The notes under the pieces were generated by a model, which saw only the letters and a list, made by a program, of their open reading frames with translations, ran no database searches and had not been told where the DNA came from. From Methanobacteriota archaeon (GTDB taxonomy: Archaea > Thermoplasmatota > Thermoplasmata > SG8-5 > DAIRED01), in the NCBI GenBank assembly GCA_043799545.1, contig JAZDNO010000004.1:64001-128000 (forward strand): a DNA stretch of 64,000 bases, in the 5' to 3' direction. The position numbers and the translations under genes are program-made. The stretch's first letter is position 1, and each line of letters opens with the position of its first letter. Shown in pieces: positions 58,379 to 64,000 of the stretch.

Positions 58379-59869
58379 TCAAAAAGTCGCGCTGTCCAGC
58401 ACGTCCAAGACCTTCGCCACCTCTATCTCGCCGTTGGCGCTGTAAAGAATCTCCTTCCCCCGCCGCTCGCGGACTATCACGTGCGCGGCCCTGAGCCTCC
58501 GCGCGTGCCACACGACCGTCGACGGATGCATGCCCAGGTGCTCGGCGATTGCCTTCTGGTTCGCGCCGCCGCGGGACAGGATGAACTTCACCATCTTCCT
58601 CGCGGTCTCGTTTTTCAGCGATGCCAGGACGTCCTTGTACTCGAAACCGTTGGTGTAGATGCCGTACCCGTTGTGGCTCGAATAGTAATGCTTGAGCTTG
58701 CCGCTCTTGTGGGCAATGACCTTCTCGTTGCACTCCAGGACCAGGAGGTGGTACCTCGCGCTGCTGGACGAGAGGGAGAGCCTCCTCGTAATCTCGGCCA
58801 CGTGCTCGCCGGGGTTGCTCTGGATGTGGTCGTATATCTGCCTCCGCACGCCGTCCATGACCTCGTCGTCCCTCAGCCTGCTGAACAGGACGCCCGTGAG
58901 GCCCAGGGATGCGAGGACGAGGCCGCCGAGCGCGTACTTCCACGGGACCAGGACGAGCGACTGCGCCCCCGCCGCCGACGGGGCCGCCCTCGAAGCGGCC
59001 GCGAAGTAGTACTGCTCGGCGAGGGCTCCGAGGGCGAGCTCCTCGTCCGTCGGGGGCGCCTGCTCCCTGAGCCATATCAGGCCGTCCCTGGCTTTCAGCA
59101 GGTCCGAATATTCCCCCGTCTCCGCCAGAGCCATCACGGCCCACGCCGTGTCGCTGAACGAGCCGAAGCTGCCGTCGGAGGATTGGTTGGCGGCTATGCT
59201 CTCCACGTATTCCGCAGGGCTGTTTCCCGTAGCCTCCATCGCCATCGCGGTCTTCGCGCTCTCCTCAACGGTCTGCGGCTCTTCGCCTGCGAGCCACTGG
59301 GCGCCCATTGCCGCGGTTTCGTTGCCGCTTCCGTACTCGGTGGCGAGCGCGTAGGTGGCCAACGCGGTGCTGGAAACTTCACCTCCCCAGCTGCCGTTCG
59401 CGTCCTGGAGGCCGGAGAGGTCGGAGGCGGCCCTGAGCTTGAAGTCCGCGTAGTCCAGGCTTATTCCGGCCGTCTGCCCGTCCGCGTAGCTCGGGGCTTC
59501 AGCCAGGACGGCGTAGGAGACTGCGGTGTCGTTCGACACGTCGTAGTGCTCCATCGTCCAGTTCAGGGAGTCCAGCGTCGCGTTGTCGCCCACGGCGTTC
59601 GCGTAGACTGAGAGCGCCGTCGCGTTGGGGTCTCCGCTCCAGCTCCCGTCAGCATCCCTCGCCGCGTTGAGCTCGTCGAGGAAAAGGCTGCCGTATTCTG
59701 GCGCGCCGCCGCCGAGGTCGCATAACTCCGAATCTGGGCTCCCGTCGTAACCGCCCATGCCTCCGGTCGTCGCGTTGTTCCCCTCCGCTATAGCGTAGAC
59801 CAGGAGCGCCCCCGTCACCAGGACCGCGGCGACGGCCGCGGCGAGCAAACCCTTCCAACCCGCATTCAT
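58379..59869 (-). CDS. Membrane-spanning regulator: extracellular prenyltransferase/squalene-cyclase-like repeats, TM helix, tandem winged HTH
   Basis: N-terminal anchor; RDADGSW, QDANGSWGG, QSSDGSFG repeats; TM; RRQIYDHIQSNPG.H and ARKMVKFILSRGG...HPSTVVWH; start 59869. Confidence 0.78.
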   Translation of the reverse strand: MNAGWKGLLAAAVAAVLVTGALLVYAIAEGNNATTGGMGGYDGSPDSELCDLGGGAPEYGSLFLDELNAARDADGSWSGDPNATALSVYANAVGDNATLDSLNWTMEHYDVSNDTAVSYAVLAEAPSYADGQTAGISLDYADFKLRAASDLSGLQDANGSWGGEVSSTALATYALATEYGSGNETAAMGAQWLAGEEPQTVEESAKTAMAMEATGNSPAEYVESIAANQSSDGSFGSFSDTAWAVMALAETGEYSDLLKARDGLIWLREQAPPTDEELALGALAEQYYFAAASRAAPSAAGAQSLVLVPWKYALGGLVLASLGLTGVLFSRLRDDEVMDGVRRQIYDHIQSNPGEHVAEITRRLSLSSSSARYHLLVLECNEKVIAHKSGKLKHYYSSHNGYGIYTNGFEYKDVLASLKNETARKMVKFILSRGGANQKAIAEHLGMHPSTVVWHARRLRAAHVIVRERRGKEILYSANGEIEVAKVLDVLDSATF

Positions 59870-59969
59870 TGCGTCCAACTCATTGGTCGGAGTATTTAAA
59901 AGGATTGTGGCGCGAAGGTGCAAGTGAGATGCTTTTATACGGAAATTGCGTTGCCGTTCCGGTGAGCCA

Positions 59970-60386
59970 ATGAACTACGCAATCATCTATTACTCGCACT
60001 TCGGGAACGGGAAAAGGATAGTCGAGCGCCTGGCTTCCAAGCTTCGGGGGGATGTCAAGGTGCTGTCTCTGGCCGAGGCGGACCCTGCGGCGCTGCCTCC
60101 TGCGGACGCCTATGTGTTTTCCGCGCCCGCCGAAGCCTTCAGCCTCCACCGCGGGTTCAAGCGATTCCTGAAGGAGCTTCCACAGATGGACGGGAAGAAG
60201 TACGGGATAATCAACACCCACGGCATGAAGAAGGGCCGGCTTCCGGCGATGGAGGCATTGCTCTCCAAGAAGGGGATGCTGAAGGCCGCGGAGCTTGACA
60301 TCCAGGTCGCCGGCGACTACAAGGGCGGGAGCGGGCTGCCCGCCGGTTGGGAGGAGAGGGCGGACGAGTTCGCGGGGAAGATGTGA
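59970..60386 (+). CDS. Flavodoxin-like protein
   Basis: GGTGA RBS; IIYYSHFGNGKRIVE, YVFSAP, GIINTHG. Confidence 0.8.
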   Translation: MNYAIIYYSHFGNGKRIVERLASKLRGDVKVLSLAEADPAALPPADAYVFSAPAEAFSLHRGFKRFLKELPQMDGKKYGIINTHGMKKGRLPAMEALLSKKGMLKAAELDIQVAGDYKGGSGLPAGWEERADEFAGKM

Positions 60387-60453
60387 GACTGAGCCGTGGC
60401 TGAGCAATCGGATTCAACAACGCTTTATAACCTTCGGGGCAATATCTAATCAG

Positions 60454-61938
60454 ATGTGCCCAAAGATGCTCAGCCTTTCCGTCGTGTCGTTGATTTTGCT
60501 GTCGTTTTCAACCCATGCACTCGGCTGGAGCAACGGAGGATACTCGACGACAATCGCCGCCCCATCGCTCGGTTCGCACGACAGGGTTGCGACCGTGGCT
60601 ATGAACTTCCTGCCATCGACGGAATCGGCATTTCTCCTTTCGAATCTTGGGATGTACGAGTACGGCACCGAGCTTCCGGATAATTCACAGGCGGTCCTCG
60701 GGGACGGATTTGGTGACGCATCAATGCATCACGTTTACTTCAGCGCTGATGGCACATGCACGGACAACTCGAGCGCTTACCGCGCAAAGCAGATGTACCA
60801 GGCCGCGCTCGCATCTCTGAAATCCGGTGACACGGCAAACGCTGCCAAGTGGAGCGGGGCGATGACGCATTACATAGCCGATTTGGCGGTCTTCGGCCAC
60901 GTCATGGGGGCCGACACGCCGTGGGGGGCGGAGAACCATCACAGCGATTATGAGGACTATGTGGAGGCTCATTGGTACGGTTTTCAGGGAATGATGTCGT
61001 TCGACGGCGTGCTCACACCGCGCACAGCCTACGACGCAGCGATCACGCTCGCGCACGATACTACCTTCGACGATTCTGCGGCTGGGAAGACCTGTGTCTG
61101 GATGGACGCAAATGCGACTGCTGTCCTTCCTGTAAACCCACCGCCTGTCAATCCCCCCCCGAGCGGCCAAGGGCACTTGTTGGTAAACGAGGTGGAGCCG
61201 AATCCTGCCGGCGACGACGTTGGCGTCGAGTGGGTGGAAATTTACAATCCCATGACCGCCGCTGTGGATTTGACCGGCTGGTCGCTGTCGACGAGCCATG
61301 GCGATGTCGTAACGGTCCAGTTGTCCGGTTCCATCGCGGCGGCCGGATACAAGATTGTGACACGCACCTCCCAGTGGCTCGACAACGAAGACGAGTCTGT
61401 GACCCTGAAATCTGGCACGGCCGTAATAGACGCGACGCCCGTGATTACCGACAAGGACTCGCCGGGGGATGCCAGAACATGGTCACGCGTGCCGAACGGC
61501 GTCGACACCGATTCTACGACGGACTGGAAGTTCGTCCAGGGCACCCCGGGTTCTGCGAATCCCTCCACGCGCGCCTATGACTGGACGGACAGCGTTTTCA
61601 AGGCGCGTGCCACGCAATCGCTGAACCTGGCTGTGAACCTGCTAGCGGACGTTTTGCACACGCTGTACTTCGAGGCGGGTGGCGCCTCCCCGCTGCCGGA
61701 CGACGCCCCTGTGGACGATAGTGCGCCAGTCGACCAGGTCGTGGACGATGCGCTTGCGGACGCGAGCTTGCCCGGCAATGAGGCGGACGAAACCGGGGGC
61801 GCGGACATCCCTCCGGACTCTGAAGGGGGGAGCGATGGCGGCGTCGACCTGACTATCCCGCTCGCGGTACTTGCGGGGGTCGCCAGCACACTGTTGCTGC
61901 TCATGGCTGCGTGGGGGAAGAGAAGGCGGTCAAGGTAA
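60454..61938 (+). CDS. Surface-anchored Zn-dependent phospholipase C/P1-nuclease-fold enzyme with inserted lamin-tail domain
   Basis: Signal peptide; W-SNGG..SHD, ELPD, HHVY, THYIAD...GH, HSDYE Zn ligands; LLVNEVEPNP...EWVEIYN LTD; C-terminal TM + RRR. Confidence 0.78.
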   Translation: MCPKMLSLSVVSLILLSFSTHALGWSNGGYSTTIAAPSLGSHDRVATVAMNFLPSTESAFLLSNLGMYEYGTELPDNSQAVLGDGFGDASMHHVYFSADGTCTDNSSAYRAKQMYQAALASLKSGDTANAAKWSGAMTHYIADLAVFGHVMGADTPWGAENHHSDYEDYVEAHWYGFQGMMSFDGVLTPRTAYDAAITLAHDTTFDDSAAGKTCVWMDANATAVLPVNPPPVNPPPSGQGHLLVNEVEPNPAGDDVGVEWVEIYNPMTAAVDLTGWSLSTSHGDVVTVQLSGSIAAAGYKIVTRTSQWLDNEDESVTLKSGTAVIDATPVITDKDSPGDARTWSRVPNGVDTDSTTDWKFVQGTPGSANPSTRAYDWTDSVFKARATQSLNLAVNLLADVLHTLYFEAGGASPLPDDAPVDDSAPVDQVVDDALADASLPGNEADETGGADIPPDSEGGSDGGVDLTIPLAVLAGVASTLLLLMAAWGKRRRSR

Positions 61939-62047
61939 TACTAACCTATTCTTTAGATTGTTATTGATATCTGTTGGCGAGGGTAGACTCCCTCGGGAGG
62001 GAATGGACGCAGGCGAGAACGCCGGAGAGCCAGCCTTTGAATACCGG

Positions 62048-62434
62048 CTATTTCATCCGGTTCCTGACCCACGATACAAACTGAACCGCATGCCTCACGG
62101 TTTTCTCGGCATCCCCCTTCGATATCGGAACGCCCATGTATCCAGCATGGGAACGGAGGTCCATCGCCGCTTTCAAACGGTCTCTCTGCGAACCGTCGTT
62201 GATGATTTTTACGACATCGGCATGTAGCTTCTGCCCCTCACGATGATCCGAGGATGCCCGCTGTCCCAAATAGAACACGGTCAGGGCATCGTTGGCGTTT
62301 ATCATCGCTTGAACGGCGTTGAATGTCGCCGCGTTGCACATTTCGGATTCCAGGCTGTGCCTGGCCGCGCCCAAGAACTCGTCCGCCTGAGCCAGGTACC
62401 TGACTGCGTCGCTCTTTCTCATATCCTTAGCCAT
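62048..62434 (-). CDS. HEPN-domain protein (HEPN-MNT pair)
   Basis: YLAQADEFLGAA, A.FNAVQAMINANDAL, SDH, LRSHAGY; overlaps the MNT stop. Confidence 0.85.
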   Translation of the reverse strand: MAKDMRKSDAVRYLAQADEFLGAARHSLESEMCNAATFNAVQAMINANDALTVFYLGQRASSDHREGQKLHADVVKIINDGSQRDRLKAAMDLRSHAGYMGVPISKGDAEKTVRHAVQFVSWVRNRMK

Positions 62435-62997
62435 CTTGCATCACCCCGGACGATCTTGCCTTCGTCCATGACCCGGAGGATGAAATCGTCCAACCGTTCG
62501 ATGCGGGCCTCGACATCGTCGATTGTGAGCGCGATGGGAGAGACGACAACGTCGTACTTCTCCAGCATGTCATCGACGGCCCTGCCGACGTTTCTCGGCG
62601 GGCGACCGCGCCTGTGGACGATGAGGACATCGAGGTCGCCAATCACCTTTTCCCCCCTGGCCGCCGAGCCGAACAGGATTACGCTCTCCGCCCCCTCTAT
62701 GCGCCCCGCGAATTCCTTGGCCAGGTCCATGAACGCCGCGGATTCCCGGTCGAGGAGCGACTTGATTTGCGGGTACAGGATATGGTTTCCGTTCGCTTTG
62801 TATTGCCTCGAACGCCCCGCCTTCCTAGCCAGGACAATCCTGGCGTCGACCAAGCCAGCCAGCGCCGGGTGCGCAGTGCCGTAGGACATGCCCGTTTCCC
62901 TGGCCAGGTCCTCGATGGAGAACTCCCGGCGGGGGTTGCCCGCAATCGCCCTCAGCAGCCGTATCTTGGCCTTCGAGCCCAGTATCCGCTCCAGCAT
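62419..62997 (-). CDS. wHTH-fused minimal nucleotidyltransferase (MNT)
   Basis: ILGSKAKIRLL...ELARETGMS; ILFGSAARG...DLDVL. Confidence 0.88.
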   Translation of the reverse strand: MLERILGSKAKIRLLRAIAGNPRREFSIEDLARETGMSYGTAHPALAGLVDARIVLARKAGRSRQYKANGNHILYPQIKSLLDRESAAFMDLAKEFAGRIEGAESVILFGSAARGEKVIGDLDVLIVHRRGRPPRNVGRAVDDMLEKYDVVVSPIALTIDDVEARIERLDDFILRVMDEGKIVRGDARWLRI

Positions 62998-63081
62998 CGA
63001 CCGGGGTTACGCCTTTCGCGTATATTATTGTTTCGGTTTTTAGATGCGGGCATCGATTTTTAGAAACGCCTCCTTCAAGCC

Positions 63082-63169
63082 CTTTCTTTGTGTCTCGCTG
63101 CGCTGGCTCGGTCCTCCCAAAGAAAGCTCTTGGTGGAAAGAAAATCGGACCGAGCCTGCTCGCTCGGCC
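63082..63169. repeat. Third copy of the ~88-bp palindromic repeat
   Basis: CTTTCTTTGTGTCTCGCTGCGCTGGCTCG..CAAAGAAAG..GAAAGAAA..CGAGCCTGCTCGCTCG shares long exact blocks with 39495-39582. Confidence 0.85.
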
Positions 63170-63390
63170 TATGTTCGGGACCGATACAATCCTCTTCCGA
63201 CGAATTCCAGTATTCCATTATCCCGCAATAATTGCATCTGCTGGCGTATCTTCTCCCTGACGTGCTTGTTGTCCGGGTGCAGCCTTCCGAGCCTCCGCTC
63301 GAAGGCGTAGGTGTCTGCGAGGGCGAAGTCCTTCGGGAGGGAGCGGACGACGGCGAGGAGGTCGGAGAGCCAGCCTTCCTTGCTTTCATT
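63169..63390 (-). pseudogene. Stand-alone DpnI C-terminal (Dam-replacing) winged-helix domain, start codon out of frame
   Basis: Hand translation (N)ESKEGWLSDLLAVVRSLPKDFALADTYAFERRLGRLHPDNKHVREKIRQQMQLLRDNGILEFVGRGLYRSRT*; in-frame TAA just upstream; nearest ATG (63389) is one base out of frame. Confidence 0.75.
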
Positions 63391-63464
63391 CGGTTAGTGG
63401 TGACGATACCGTTCCCTGTGCAAATATTAAAATATGTGGATGCACATATTGTATCTCGATAAAT

Positions 63465-63686
63465 ATGCCAAACATGACACTGTCTGTTGACGAGACGCTG
63501 TACGACGCCATCAAGAGCCACCCGGAAATCAAGTGGAGCGCAATTGCAAGAAAGGCGATGAAGGAATACGCCCACAGGCTTAATGTGCTTGATAAAATCG
63601 CTGCAAAGAGCAAACTGACCGAGAGCGATATAGATGAACTGGACAAAGCGCTCAAGCGAAGGGTAGCCAAGCGCCACGGGTTGTAG
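63465..63686 (+). CDS. RHH-type antitoxin (VapB-like)
   Basis: MPNMTLSVDETLY...PEIKWSAIARKA; directly upstream of the PIN gene. Confidence 0.82.
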   Translation: MPNMTLSVDETLYDAIKSHPEIKWSAIARKAMKEYAHRLNVLDKIAAKSKLTESDIDELDKALKRRVAKRHGL

Positions 63687-63688
63687 GC

Positions 63689-64000
63689 ATGCTCATCGTG
63701 GTCGATTCGAACATCATCTTCGCCAGCCTCATAAAAGATTCGTTCACCCGCAAGATACTGATTAGCTCCGAGATTGATTTCGTAGTGCCGGAATGGGTAC
63801 ATGCCGAGCTGCGGGAGCATTTTACGGAGATCGCGAAGAAATCCGGGCTTCGCGCGGACGAGGTCGAGCATTTCGCCGAGGAGATATTCCAGGTCGTCCA
63901 GACCGTGCCCAAGGACGAGTACGAGGACTTTCTACCGGAAGCCGTCGAAATCATGAAGGACATCGACAGGGACGACGCGCCGGTCCTCGCCCTTGCGATG
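63689..64000 (+). CDS. PIN-domain toxin (VapC-like), truncated by window end
   Basis: Hand translation MLIVVDSNIIFASLIKDS...AEL...DIDRDDAPVLALAM. Confidence 0.88.
   Translation, partial: MLIVVDSNIIFASLIKDSFTRKILISSEIDFVVPEWVHAELREHFTEIAKKSGLRADEVEHFAEEIFQVVQTVPKDEYEDFLPEAVEIMKDIDRDDAPVLALAM

Noticed and set aside
63075-63677. 200-aa minus-strand ORF in the track
   Set aside because: It overlaps the antitoxin antisense and reads the DpnI-like segment in the wrong frame; low-complexity translation.
103-63963. Numerous long antisense or alternate-frame ORFs (e.g. 993..2132, 24115..25566, 58367..59611)
   Set aside because: Shadow ORFs expected in high-GC coding DNA; they overlap confidently assigned genes and give R/G/P-rich or mirror translations.

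Overview
GC-rich archaeal chromosome segment, most likely Thermoplasmata (inferred from DUF6015, DUF835, DUF531, TrmY, ApgM, a RAD55/KaiC ATPase, Cdc6 and 'GWNxxS'-tailed surface proteins). Two features stand out. (1) An 8,333-bp AT-rich transposon (6498..14830) has 13-bp terminal inverted repeats GGTTCTGTTGCGT of IS6 type, repeated subterminal TGTTGC-Nx-GGGTG boxes and a perfect 8-bp target duplication (GCTATTAA). It holds one central SWIM/Zn-ribbon IS6-like DDE transposase plus about 10 cargo genes: ParB, a TGT-like TIM barrel, a wHTH-PUR protein, an APH-like kinase, AbrB and small membrane/Zn-ribbon proteins. (2) It inserted at the stop codon of a gene in a co-directional minus-strand cluster encoding five ChlI/ChlD-type AAA+ modules and a vWA domain, with no ChlH/CobN in the window. 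The modules are a soluble active ATPase, a 4-TM/coiled-coil/Zn-ribbon membrane-anchored active ATPase, a stand-alone pseudo-ATPase, and a reordered vWA-(dead AAA)x2 protein, interspersed with membrane-anchored surface proteins and PPDK. The rest holds four giant mosaic surface proteins (one frameshifted, one with a 360-aa tandem duplication), housekeeping genes (srp54, trmY, purM, apgM, cdc6, uppP), three TA pairs, a frameshifted DpnI-type winged helix and three copies of an ~88-bp palindromic repeat. No CRISPR array, rRNA or tRNA was recognised. All family calls are from motif reading by eye, not database searches.
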